Below, piece after piece: positions 1 through 12,614 of a stretch of 64,000 bases of DNA. The position numbers and the translations under genes were made by a program. Source of the DNA: Basidiobolus meristosporus CBS 931.73 (taxonomy: Eukaryota > Fungi > Basidiobolomycota); the NCBI GenBank assembly GCA_002104905.1, contig MCFE01000126.1, positions 96,814 through 160,813 of the forward strand. Direction: 5' to 3'. Numbering within the stretch: position 1 is the stretch's first letter; each line of letters opens with the position of its first letter. The notes beneath the pieces were generated by a model. That model did no database searches. It was not told the DNA's origin and saw nothing but the letters and a program-made list of their open reading frames with translations.

Positions 1-1439
1 CTGTGGTCTTTACAATACATCAAATGCTGTCTGAGAGCTTCATGGCTTGCTACAATAGCCACACAGTCTTTTTCTCTTGTTGAATCAAAGTAGTCTTGTC
101 CACATTGCAAACAGTTTGACATGCAACAACATATTGCTATTATGTCACTTTTTTGCCAATAGTTATGCAAGCTAATGACAGTTTTGTATTTGAGACATTG
201 CACTGGTGTGAGTGTAAGAGTCAATGATGAACTGCCACTGTAAGCAATGTAGAGAGCTTGAAACAAGCAGAAATCAAGCATCAGGTTGCCTACAGAGTGC
301 CAGCAAGGAACAAGCAGGCCAAAACAGTTGCATCAGAGCAGCATTCATCAAGGAGTAAACATAGTTTAATACAAGTACACAAAGTGTCAGTGAACAACCT
401 AGCAGTGATAAAGGAAGAGTTAATGGGAAAAAGTACACTCAAGCCAGAGACAGTGAAGTGTGAGGAAAAGCTCTAGTTCTTTCCAGTTGACACTGTAAGC
501 CCAGTCCAGACTGACTCTTATCATAGCTCAACAGAATGACAACAAGAAAACAGCTGTTTCCAAAAAAGTCGGAAGCAAAGCCAGTTGAGCATTACTCTTG
601 TGAGGTAGATAAGTTTGCAGAGGTAGGCAATTTGTCTACCACAGCCTCCACATTTACCATTGTTGACAGAGTGGAGATCCCACTGACATACAAAGTAAGA
701 ATGTCAAGAATTCAAAAGGTTGTTACAATGCCTATCAGTGGAATTTTGGAACATTAATAGGCACTCCAAGAGGTTGCAGCACTTCTTCAAGGGCAGTGCT
801 CATGAAAATGTACATGAATATTACAGGGACTTATTGCCAAGACTGGTAAATGAGGTGCTAGACCTTGCAGTGCTGGCTGAAGAACTCAATGTAAGGTAAC
901 CAGTGAATGAACAGCTGTATAAAGGTGTATGGTTCCTGCTAAAGTCATGGAAACAGAGCATTATAGCAGATATTCTTATTGGGTGATGTATTTGTAGGTA
1001 GTTACTTATGGATTCTGGGGATAGGCTTGATGTTAGAGTAGGGTGTATGGACTTGTATAGGCAAATATAATTATAATTGAGAAACAACTGAAGTTTTGAC
1101 AGAAATAAATCAATTTGTGTGCATGAAAAGTAAGAGAAACAGTTGGGTCAGGAAGCTAAGGAGTGTGAAAATAAGGCAATAGCCAATCAATGCACCAGTG
1201 TAGAATGTGGTAGAGTGTCTGGGTCCAGAAAGTGAGAAAGCCAGCAGCAGAACCAATCAAAAGCCACTTTTGTATTCTTGTGATGCAAAATTTTGACTAA
1301 ATTTTTTGTGAAATTTGGGGTGCAATTATTTTTGGAAGATCTTTGCATGGTGTCCTGATGGGATCAATACCTGTTATTCACGGGTCTTGAAATCTGTGAT
1401 GGCCTTTTGATGGGATCATCACAATGATTTTTCATAGGG
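1..1439 (-). mobile_element. Degenerate CACTA/CMC (EnSpm-like) DNA transposon end
   Basis: Ends in TTTTCATAGGG (1439), the reverse complement of the CCCTATGAAAA terminus seen at 56306 and on the MITEs. About 540-1439 is repeated at about 17770-18988. Minus-strand Cys-rich remnants near 60-200 resemble a CACTA transposase N-terminus. Confidence 0.45.
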
Positions 1440-1599
1440 AAAGTAGAAAAGGAGTCTTTGTAGGCTATTGTGAAGACACTAAAGGGTAGAGAGTATATGA
1501 TGGCAAAATGTATCAGCTGATCAAGTGTAGAGATACTATATTTGACAAGAACTCAGATTATTGATCCACCGCAATCATTGGCTGCTGACTGATGATGCA

Positions 1600-3347
1600 A
1601 TTACCACAAATGAAAAAGACTCCTACCTAATACCTACAGATACAGAAGAAAATTTGACTAGTTCCAGGCCAGAACCAACTATTGCAGCTAGGTAATCCAC
1701 TAGAGTAAGAAAGGCCCCTGAATCTTAGAAGTAGACATCCAATGACCATGAAGAGGCTTATCTTGCCTTATGAGCCAAGCTTTGCACAATCTGGAACTGG
1801 CAATGCACAATCCAGCTGCTACCATGTGACAATAAGCCATACAGGAGTAGTACCAACCACTGATCCAGGTAAAAACATGGGAACTGGTAGATTTACAAAA
1901 TGGGCAAAAGTCGTAAGGATTTAGATGAGACTACAAGATCAATATAACTGCAAAAGTACTCTCAATTAGCAAAAAGCTAGATTGGTGGCTCAATGCTATT
2001 GCCAGATCCAGGGACTAGACTTAAGGAAACATTGGCCCTTGTAGCCAAGTTCACTTCTGTTGGGAAAGTTCTGGCCATTGCAGCTGTACACAAGCTAGAT
2101 CTACACCAAATGGACATCTATCAGCCTTGCTGCATTGGGTATCTGCCAGAAACTATATATATGTAGCAACCAGAAGGTTCTAGCCAATCCAAAAGGCCCC
2201 TGTAAGATGTACACATCTAGAAATTTGTTGTGTGGACTTATGTAGGCACCTAGAGCTTGGCATAACAAGATAGAAGCATATGTAGAGGAGACTAGGTTCC
2301 TTTGCAGCACTGCGGATCACATTATATGTATGAAACCACTTAAATAGGCAATGATTGTTCTGGTACTTTGTGTGGGCAGCCTAGCTATAGCTACAAGAGA
2401 CCAGGATGCACTTGGATAAATCAGATCTTTTCAGAGAATATGTGATGAGAGACCATATAAAGTTAAGCTGATTTCTTAGAATTGAATTTAAATCTGGCAT
2501 ACCTACATAAAATATTGCACAGAGATGGTCCAAGTATTTTGGGACTATTTTTAGGTGCTTGTTAATGAAAAATTATAAGCCTGCAACAGCCCCCATGAAC
2601 AAGAATCTAGAACTGAGCAAATCTCAGTCAGTTTTGGATGAAAACAGCTTAAATATGGACCAAATCTTTACCTATTAATTGAATGGCTGGTAGTCTCATA
2701 TAGTTGATGGTTCCTGCAAGTCTATATATTGCAGTGGCAGTAGAAATATGTAGTCAACTTATGCAAATTGTGGATCTGATCAAATTATAGCAGTCAAGCA
2801 AATATTCAGATATCTACAAGATACCATATAATGTGGTATTAGAATACCCTGGAGCAGCTAATAGGCAAAGACATGATGGTTATTGTGATTCAGATTGGGG
2901 TGGGGATCTGATTGTTATATGCTCCATAACAAGTATATGTTTCTATATGGTGGTGCAGCAATCACCTGGAATTGCAAGAAACAAGTAACTGTGGCCTACT
3001 CTACAACTGAAACAGAGTATATGGCTGCATGTCAAGCAACTAAGGAGGCTGCATGATTATAAAAGCTATGCAACAATATGTGCTTAAATTTGAATGAACC
3101 AACATGTATTTACAAGGATAATCAAAGTTGTATTTCATCTGCTAGGAATACTGCCAATAATGCAGAACTAAGCATACAGATGTATAGCACCACTTTGTGA
3201 TGGAAGCTATATAAGAAACTTTGTAGAGTTGCTTTACTTCCCAACTGACAGAATGGTGGCAGATATATTGACAACATTACCAGCTAGGACACAGTCTGTG
3301 AGTCTCAAAGAGATATTATGATTAAAAATTATTCAGGTGATCAGGAG
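1600..3347 (+). mobile_element. Highly degenerate Ty1/copia pol (RT-RNase H) remnant
   Basis: Broken KARLVA-like, DSDWGGD-like and STTETEY-like copia motifs. A purine tract is followed by TGTTG at 3348 (possible 3' LTR start). Confidence 0.6.
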
Positions 3348-3829
3348 TGTTGAAATATTGGCCTATTTAGTATCATTTGGCAGCTAAAGATTTACATAAC
3401 AATTCTGGACTAGTCTCAGGCATTGTATGATTATATACAGTTCTATCATAGCCTCTCTCTTCCAGATCCATATCCATAGTTACTCCCACTAGTCAAGATC
3501 AAATTATCACTTTTACTAACATTGTGTACTAACCTTGAAACTGTTAAAGAATACTCCTGAATGTTGAGAACACTCTTTACTTAGTGTTGCAGTTCTATTG
3601 CCTCTACAAAGGTATAAATACAGAACTTCTTTATAGATGAACAACAGTTCAGCTATTTTCATTATTTCTTGATGAGCTCCTTATATCCAAAGTACTTCTT
3701 AAATTGTCACATGCCTTGAGCTACATTTGCCTAATATCTGATGTTATTCCTTAGAAATAAACTAAATAGCCCAAACAAGACCATCATAATATTGGCTGAA
3801 GTTCAAGTTCCAAGCTGCTGGTACTACAG

Positions 3830-4600
3830 TGGTGTCCCAACAAGATCTTCACGTCTGATCTGGATTGGATCCAACTACAAAATTAAATTATTTTTGACAG
3901 AGTCTGAGAGTACCCAGCCACTGTTTAGAGATGAATTCCCCTAAGACAGAAGTACTAAGACTATTACCCTAAGCCAGTCTAAGTATACTCAAGGAGAACT
4001 TAAGAATGACCAAATGGAAGACTTTGGACCAGCAGCTACCCTAATAGAGGCAAACCTTAATTTAATCAAATTTCAACTAAATCAAGTCTGCTTGGTGCCA
4101 TCCAAAAGTCAGAATTCTCTTAACAATCTATGGCTGAGAGTCTGATGTATATACTGCTTGTAACATGTGCCAATATCTTGTATTCTGTGGGAGATGTCAG
4201 CTAGCATAATCAGAACTATGAATCTGAACATATTGCAGCAGTTAAGCAGATTTCTACACACTTTAAAGGAACTGCTAATATCTGTATACAATTTACCTAT
4301 AAGGATTCAGAACAGGTCTTGATGAAAACTCTGATGCTGACTGGGAACAAGATTTAGTAGACAGTAGATCCACCACTGGATATAACTTTCTTTACCTTAA
4401 AGGAGCAGTTCTATGGAATTCAAGAGAGCAACCAACCATAATACTTTCTGCCACAGGGCAGAGTGTATGGCAGGCTATGAAGCAACAAGAAAAGCATTGT
4501 GGATCAGAAAGCACTTCAAAGATTGATGCTTATGCCAAAATATGACTATCACTTTATTTAAGTGTAATCATGGATGTATTTAATTTGGTAGAAAACTTTC
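3830..4600 (+). mobile_element. Degenerate copia RT/RNase H fragment
   Basis: Nucleotide similarity by eye to the reverse complement of the 6847-8064 RT-RNase H ORF (for example gatgctgactggg and agatccaccactgga). Confidence 0.6.
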
Positions 4601-6486
4601 CCTTCAGCCAAAAGTATCTTGGGCTATGAGGTTTTCCAAAAATATTTGAAAATCAATATTTAGTGCGTGCTAGTTAGTAATATAAACATGTTCCAGACAG
4701 CTCAGAACTCTTTTCTCTCAACCAAAATAAAATCTCCCACAAAAAGCTAAGCATATAAATGACCAAGTTATTTAATACAAGTTTATTATATAAAATACCC
4801 CAAATGTCTCTAACTCTTCCAATCTTACATACCTCACACTACCATTTAAAATACTGTATTTGCTTACTCAAATCAACATCCAACTTTCCATGCAGGAAAT
4901 TGGTGTGGTCAAAGTTTGTAATTTCATCTGAATATTCTACTAACTTAGCTGCTAGATGATTACCATCAAATCTCATAGAATACTGACCAAATTTCTTGTT
5001 GGGATTTACTTATAGTATCTTCACCACAAAGCAGGTACCCAGAACATAAGAATTCTCAAAGTTATCCAAGCAGCCCCAAGCTTTACACACATGTTTGTAG
5101 GACCTTCCTAAATCTACTCTATATGCTTATCATACTAAGACCATGTCAAAGTGTCAATACTACTTTTACATTCAATTAATCATTAAGTGAAACCCATATA
5201 ATCTACTTGTCCTGCCAAGTACTTCCAATGCTTCCAAGACTCTTGAAATAGATTATAAAGCCTAAGCTGTCACTCTCTTCAATGTCTACTACCACTATTA
5301 CTGGAACTCTTACCTCTGTCAAAAAGCTGGATGGATCTGATTTCTAAGTGTAGAAGAGGAAGATGAAGATACTGCTACAAGAGAGTGGCCTCTAAGATAT
5401 TGTCATGGGAGAGGAATGCCCTCCCTGAAATGTGGCAGAGGAAGCCTTAGAGCACCAGATGAAAGAAGAATGTATCTATAACTGCATGTGCCTTAATGTT
5501 AAAGACAAATTGCTAATTCAATGCTGAAAAGTAAAGAATGCCTGGAAGGAACTAGAAGACACCTGCCAGTCATCCTCATCTGCTGCAAAAATGTAACTTT
5601 GACAAATATTTTCTACTACAAATATTCTACTAGGAGCAGAATTGCAAATTCCAATCAACAGATTAACCCTGTTGGTTGTTGAGATTTGATCTGTGGGTGT
5701 ACCAACCAGTAATGAGGATATGATAGTAATAGCTCTGAGTAGCCTTTCAGACAGGGATCAGGGCCTTGTAGCAGTCCCAGAGTCCATAACTGAAGATATG
5801 ACCTTAGATTAAGCATATGAAAGGTTCCTGGAGGAAGAATAAAAAATAAAGTGCTAATCAGAAGAGAGAAGAAAATGCCTCAGTAAGCAATGATAACTAC
5901 CAAAGAAGATACTAAAGACCCCTGAAACAAAGCAGCCACCTGTTTGTAACCGCTGCAAAAAAAGGACACACAGCTGACTAATGCCTCAAAAAGAGTGATA
6001 AGCAGCCCAAAAAGCCTTAATATGAAAATGCTGCAACAACTGAAGATACACTCATCATATTGGCACTATATATGACCACAAGCAATGATTCCTCAGTGTG
6101 TTAAGCTGACTGTGGATTATCTCAACACTGTGCACACAAAAAGGAGCATCTACTCAATATCAAGAAATTCAAAAAAACAACAAGGCTCTCATCTGTGACA
6201 ATAGAATACTTGATGCAGTTGGAGAAGTAACTATCCATGTAAGCCTTAGAAACAGTGAAGGAAGCCACATACCTACCTTCCAAAAAGTATACTATACACC
6301 AGAAATAGCCAAGGACATACTATCTGTAAGCAACGCTACTGCAGAAGGACTTTGTTTCAGCTTTGACACTACTGGAGGCAGGATCACTGATTAAAATGGT
6401 GCCTATGTTGCTTTGAGTATCAGATATCAGAGTCTGCACAGGTTGAATTATATTTCATCATATCTGGAAGCCAGTATACTTAACTC

Positions 6487-9400
6487 TGTTGTAAGAGTCT
6501 TGGAGATATTGGAAGTGATTGGGAGAACAAGTAGATTATGTGGTTTTCACTTAATGATTTATTGAATGTAAGGTAGTATTTTTACTTTTACATGGTCTTG
6601 GCATAGCAAACACTTAAAATAGGTTACAGAAGGTCCCAAGAACATGTGTGCAAAGTTTGGGGCTGTTTGGACAACTTTGAGAATTTTCATGTTCTTGGTA
6701 CCTGGTATTTTGGTGAAAATATTCCAAGTAAATCCCAACAAGGAATTTGGTCAGTATTCTCTAGGATTTGAAGGTGAATGATCTAAGTGACTAAGTTAGG
6801 TGAATATTTAGGTGGAAATACAAATTTTTACAACGCTCCCACTCAGCTAAATGTTCTTACTGACTAGTCCTAATTTTGACCTAAGATATTCAAACTTGTC
6901 TCTAGCTAATGGTTTGGTAAATATGTCTGCAATCATTTCATCTGTAGGACAGTAAACTAAGCTAACTAAGTTATTGTCTATAGCTTCACGTATGAAATGA
7001 TGTCTAATATCTATGTGCATTGTTCTAGCATGAAAAGTTGGATTTCTACCTAATTGTATACATCCTTGATTATCTTGAAATAAAGTAATAGGTGTTTTTT
7101 GGCATAGGCCTAAATCTGTAAAAAGTTTTCTTAACCACATTGCTTCTTTTGTAGCTTCACAGGCTGCCATATACTCTGCCTCTGTGGTGGAAAGTATTAC
7201 GGTTGGTTGCTTTCTTGAATTCCATGATATTGCTCCTTTACAGTAAAGAAAGGTGTATCCTGTGGTGGATCTTCTGTCTTCTAAATTTTGTCCCCAATCA
7301 GCATCAGAGTATCCCATAAGATCCTGTTCTGAATCCTTATAAGAGTATCTTAGGCAGATATCAGCAGTTCCTTTTAGGTATCTAAAAATCTGCTTAACTG
7401 CTGCAATATGATCAGATCCATAGTTCAGATTATGTTGGCTGACAACTCCCACTGAATATGAGATATCTGGACGTGTTCCAAGCATGATATACATCAGACT
7501 GCCAACCATAGATTGATAAGGAAAGTCAGGGCTTTCAGATGGCACCAACCTCACTTGATTTGGTTGAGTTTTGACCAAGTTAAGGTTTGTCTCCATTGGG
7601 GTAGCTGCCAGTTTACAGTCTTTCATTTGGTACTTCTTTAGTATATCTTGAATATACTTGGATTGGCTTAGGGTGATAGTCTGGGTACTTCTGTCTATGG
7701 AGAGCTTAATTCCTAAGTAGTAACTAAGTTCTCCTAGATCGGACATCTTGAACTCCTTAGATAGGCTAGATTTAGTCTCTTCCAATGTTTCAAGGTTATT
7801 GGGGGCTATAATAAGATCATCCCCATATAGAGCTAATAGAGCTGGATTTGCTCTATCTGGCTTATAGTATATACTATAATCAGCATTACTTCTTTTGAAA
7901 CTCAGGGATTCCAAATAAGAATCTATCTTGCAATTCCAGGTTCTCAGTGATTGTTTGAGACCATATAGTGACTTTTTAAGCTTGCAGACCAAATGGGGAT
8001 TATCTTGGTCAACAAACCCATCAGGCTGGTCCATATACACGTCCTCATCAAGTTTTCTATTCAAAATGCAGTTTTTACATCCATTTGATGAATAAAAAAC
8101 TTATATTTGGCTGCAAAAGCCAATATTAATCTGATGGAATTAAACTTGGCTACCAGTGCAAAGGTCTCAGTATAGTCAAGTCCTTTTGTTTGAGAGTATC
8201 CTTTGGCTAAAAGTCGTGCTTTGTATCTTTCAATTGCACCATCAGCCTTGTATTTTGTCTTGAAGATCCATCTGTATATAATTGATTTTTGGTTGATTGG
8301 TAATTTGACTAAGTCCCAAGTTTGATTTTCCATCAGGGCCTGATTTTCCTCAGTCATTGCAGATCTCCAAAACTATGTCTGGGGGCTATTTAGGGCCTCT
8401 TTTACAGTCTATGGTTCATCAATATGGACTGTATAGGCATAGGCTAAGTTTGTACCCTCATTGATATAGTAATTTGGGCTATTTCTTGTCTGATTGGATC
8501 TCCAGGCTTTTGATACTGGAATGGTCACTTCTGGGATATTCCTGGGCACTGATTCTGGCTGAACCATGGTTATAGAGTCCTCTGGAGTGAAAAAATTTTC
8601 ATTGTTTTGCTCTGATTCAATCCTGACAATTGGTGGACTTGAGATCAAATTTTTGTCATCATCTGATGTCATTTTTTGTGAGAATTTTGAATTTTCATCA
8701 AACAACACATCCCTGGACTTGATCAGCTTCTTTGCTTTGGTATTGTAGAGTCTGTATGTCTTACTCTCATTGCAGTAGCCCAAAAATATGCATTTTACAC
8801 TTTTCGGCTCAAATTTTGACTGATTTCCAGCCAGTTTTTTGGCATATGCTGTACACCCAAATATTCTTAGATGTTTTGCATTTGGTCTGGATCCATATCA
8901 TGCTGCAAATAGAGTAGAATCACAAAGTATTCTATTATAACTCCTATTTTTAAGGTATACAGCAGTGGCAACTGATTCTGCCCAAAAATCATAAGATAAT
9001 TTTTGATCATGAATCATAGATCTTGCTATATCAATTATTGATCTGTTAGCTTGTTCTGCTACTCTACTTTGCTGTGGGGAGTATGGTACAGTAGTCTCTT
9101 GCTTTATCCCATGAATTTTGCAGATGTGGATGAAGAGTTTTGAGGTATATTCTCCACCATTGTCAGAGCGTATTTTCTTGATTTTTCACCAGCTTCTCTC
9201 TCCACCATGGCTTTAAACTCCCTGAGCTTAAACAGAGCTTCTTCCTTTCTCTCCATGAAGTAGACCCATGTGTATCTTGTATAATCATCAATAAAAGTGA
9301 TTAAATACTTCATCCCACCTAAGGATAAACTTTGCATAGGTCCACACAGATCTGAGTGAGTTAGATCTAATTTTTTCTTAGTTTTGATTAGTCCAGAGAT

Positions 9401-9504
9401 CTTGAACGGTTGTCTGGCTTGTTTCCCATATATGCAGGCTTCACAGTGCTCCAAATTGGCTGGGGGATCAATTTTCACTCCAGAAATTAGCTGATCTTTG
9501 ATCA
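6487..9504 (-). mobile_element. 3' half of a Ty1/copia element (integrase, RT, RNase H, 3' LTR 6487-6835)
   Basis: ORFs 9104-9505 (HSDLCGPM, FIDDYTR), 8409-8783, 8061-8357 (KARLLAKGYSQ, QMDVKTAF) and 6847-8064 (LYGDDL, YSDADWG, STTEAEY, HIDIRHHF). PPT GAGTGGGAG lies directly before the LTR. Confidence 0.92.
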
Positions 9505-10847
9505 TTTGGAGTAAAAGTTGATCCCCCTGCTAGTTTGAAGCACTAAAGAGCCTGCACAGAGTGGAAAAAAGTCACACAACCATTCAAGAGTTTGGGTTAA
9601 TCAAAACTCAGAGTAAATTAGATCAAATTCACTCAGATCTGTGTGGACCTATGCAAACTTTATCTTTAGGCAGGATGAAGTATTTAATTACATTTATTGA
9701 TGATTATACTAGGCACACATGGGTCTACTTCATAAAAAGAATGGAAGAAGCTCTGTCTAAGCTTAGGGAGCTCAAAACCATGGTGTAGAGTGAAATCTGA
9801 AAAATCAAGAAAATATACTCTGACAATGATGGGGAATATAGCTCAATATTCTACATCCACTTCTGCAAAACTCATAGCATAAAGCAAGAGAGCACTGTAT
9901 CATAATCTTCACAGCAGAATGCAGTGGCAGAACATCTAAGCAGATCAATAATTCATATGGCCAGTTTGATGATCTGCGATCAGAAATTATCCTATTATTT
10001 TGGGCAGTATCAGTTGCCACAGCTGTATACCTTAGAAGTAGGAGTTAAAACAGAGTACTCTGTAATTCTACCACATCTGAAGTGTAGTATGGATACATAC
10101 CAAGTGCAAAATGTCTAAGTGTATTTGGGTGTATATCATATGCTAAGATACTGTCTGAAAATCAGTGAAAACTTGATCCAAAAAGTGTAAGATCCATATC
10201 TTAGGCTACTATGGTGAATGTAAAGCATACAAACTCAAAAATACCAAAGAAAAGAAGCTGATAAGGCTCACAAATGTGTTGCTTATTAATTTTTAAATCA
10301 TTTATAAGAAATTCAATTCAATGATAGCATAAATCTGATCCCAAGTCCATGGAATCTGTGCAGAAGAATGAGAGTTCTTTTACTCCAGAGGACTCTACAA
10401 CTATGGTTCATTCTGAATCAGTGCCCTGGAATATTCCAGAAGTGATCATCCTAGTATCATAAACCAGGAGATCCAACTGGACTACAAATATCCCTACTCA
10501 AAGACTTGAACCCTCAAGCTTAAAAGGCTACCTGGTCTAAAAGGATTGAGTTTACCAATTTCTCTAAGTAGGCACATTACTCCCCCCACAAGTAGGGTGA
10601 TCCAATCCTTTCCCCTCTCCCACTATGCTTTCCCCATTAGGGGGGTCAAATTGCCTTGGTGGATCCCTCCAGATTGTCAGGACTGGTAGGTCCAGTTCTA
10701 TTAGCTCTACATGATGACCAGTTTTACTATAGCCACCAACAATCAAGAAACCATGGAAGAGACTAAATCCAGCCTAAATGCAGAGTTTAACATGTCCAAT
10801 CAGGAAAACTGAGTTACTACCTATGAATTAAGCTCTAGACAGACTAC

Positions 10848-11187
10848 TGTTGTAAAAATTCATATTTCCACCTAAATATTCACCTAACTTAGTCACTTAG
10901 ATCATTACCTTCAGATCCTAGAAAACACTGACTAAACTCCTTGATGGGATTTACAAAGAACATTTTCACCAAAATACCAGGTACCCAGAACATGCAATTG
11001 CTGAAAGTTGTCCAAACAGCCCCAAACTCTGCACACATGTTCTTGGGACCTTCCTTAATCTACTCTATGTGCTTGTTATGCCAAGACCATGTAAAAGTAT
11101 GGATACTACTATTAAATTCAATAAATCATTAAGTGAAAACCACACAATCTATTTATCACTTACAGAATCTCCAAGACTCTTACAACA
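10848..11187 (+). mobile_element. Solo copia LTR, 340 bp, with 5-bp TSD ACTAC
   Basis: TGTTGTAA...TTACAACA termini. ACTAC at 10843-10847 and 11188-11192. Similar to the other LTR copies. Confidence 0.9.
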
Positions 11188-12614
11188 ACTACTACCCTAC
11201 ACCAGTCCATGTATATTCAAGAAATACTTAGGAAGTATCAAATGAAAGACTGTAGACTGGCTGCTACCTAATGGAGACAAACCTCACTTAGACAAAACTC
11301 AGCTAGAGGCAGAGTATATGGCAGCCTGTGAGGCTACAAAAAAAGCAATGTGGTTAAGAAAGCTTTTTACAGATGTAGGTCTATGTCAAGAAATGCCTAT
11401 TACTTTATTTCAAGATAATCAAGGATGTATAAAATTAGGTAGAAATTCAACTTTTCATGCTAGAACTAAGCACAAAGATATTAGACATCATTTCATACAT
11501 GAAACTATAGAGAATATCTTAGTTAGCTTAGTTTACTGACCTTCAGATGAAATGATTGCAGACAATTTTACCAAGCCATTAGCTAGAGACAAATTTGAAT
11601 ATCTTAGTTCAAACTTAGGACTAGTCAGTTTGAACACTTAGCTGAGTGGGAGTGCTGTAAAAGTTCAAATTTCCACCTAATATTCACCTAACTTAGTCAC
11701 TTAGATCATTACCTTCAAATCCTAGAGAATACTGACCAAATTCCATGCCAGGATTTATTTAGAATATTTTTACCAAAATACCAGGTACCCAGAACATGAA
11801 GATTCTCAAGGTTGTCCTCAGAGCCCCAAACTTTGCATGCATGCTCTTGGGAGCTTCCAAAATCTATTCTACATGTTTGCTATGCCAAGAACATGTAAAA
11901 AATATTTAACTACTGTTATATTTGGTAAGTCATTGGGTACAAAACACATAATATACTTACTCTCCCATTGACTTCAAATGCATCTGAGACACTTACAGCA
12001 TTTAGGAGGGCATTCTACTCCTATAGGAACATCCCAAAGACCTCTTTCCTATGGCAGCAGCATTATCTTTACCCTCCCAACTTATTAGTCAGATTCCTCT
12101 AACTTTTCAGCAGAGAAAAACTCTAGTAATAGCAGTGGTGGTGGACAACTTTGAGAGATTTCATCTTCTGGTGCCTGATGTTTGGCAAACATATTGTAAG
12201 TAAAGCTCAACAATGATTTGGTCAGAATTCTCTAAGATTTGTGGGTTAATATCCCAGTGACAATGCTTAGTGGATATTTAGGTGTAATTATAAGCTTTGA
12301 AATTCAGGGATGTACTGTTTATTAAAAATTCAAAACTTCACACCAAAGTTGTTCAGCAATGACAAAAATTCAATTCCAAGTACACATAAATTTGTGATAT
12401 ATTCAGTGTGGCACAACAAAAATTCTTTCTTTCCAGAGGACTCTACAGCCCAGGTTTAGCATGAAACAACACCTTAGAAGATCCCAGAAGTTATCATTAC
12501 AGTATCACCAAGCAGGAGAACCAGCTAGATAACAAATAGCCTAAGTTGCTATATTATCAAGAGTACCTAGCTATGCCTATTCAGTCCAAATTGATGATCA
12601 CAAGAACGTAAAGT

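Larger units (their letters stand above)
4903..12000 (+). mobile_element. Degenerate Ty1/copia element with both LTRs (about 4903-5249 and 11653-12000), interrupted by nested insertions
   Basis: 5' LTR, then a PBS-like GATTATAAAGCC, gag with a decayed CCHC knuckle (about 5940) and protease to 6486. It resumes at about 9502 with integrase (ORF 9561-9788, HSDLCGPM) and RNase H (11318-11539). PPT GAGTGGGAG precedes a 3' LTR TGCTGTAA...TTACAGCA. Confidence 0.75.

Noticed and set aside
10495-10730. About 230-bp non-copia insert with a B-box-like GGTTCAAGTC on the minus strand
   Set aside because: No convincing A-box or cloverleaf, and only one copy in the window.
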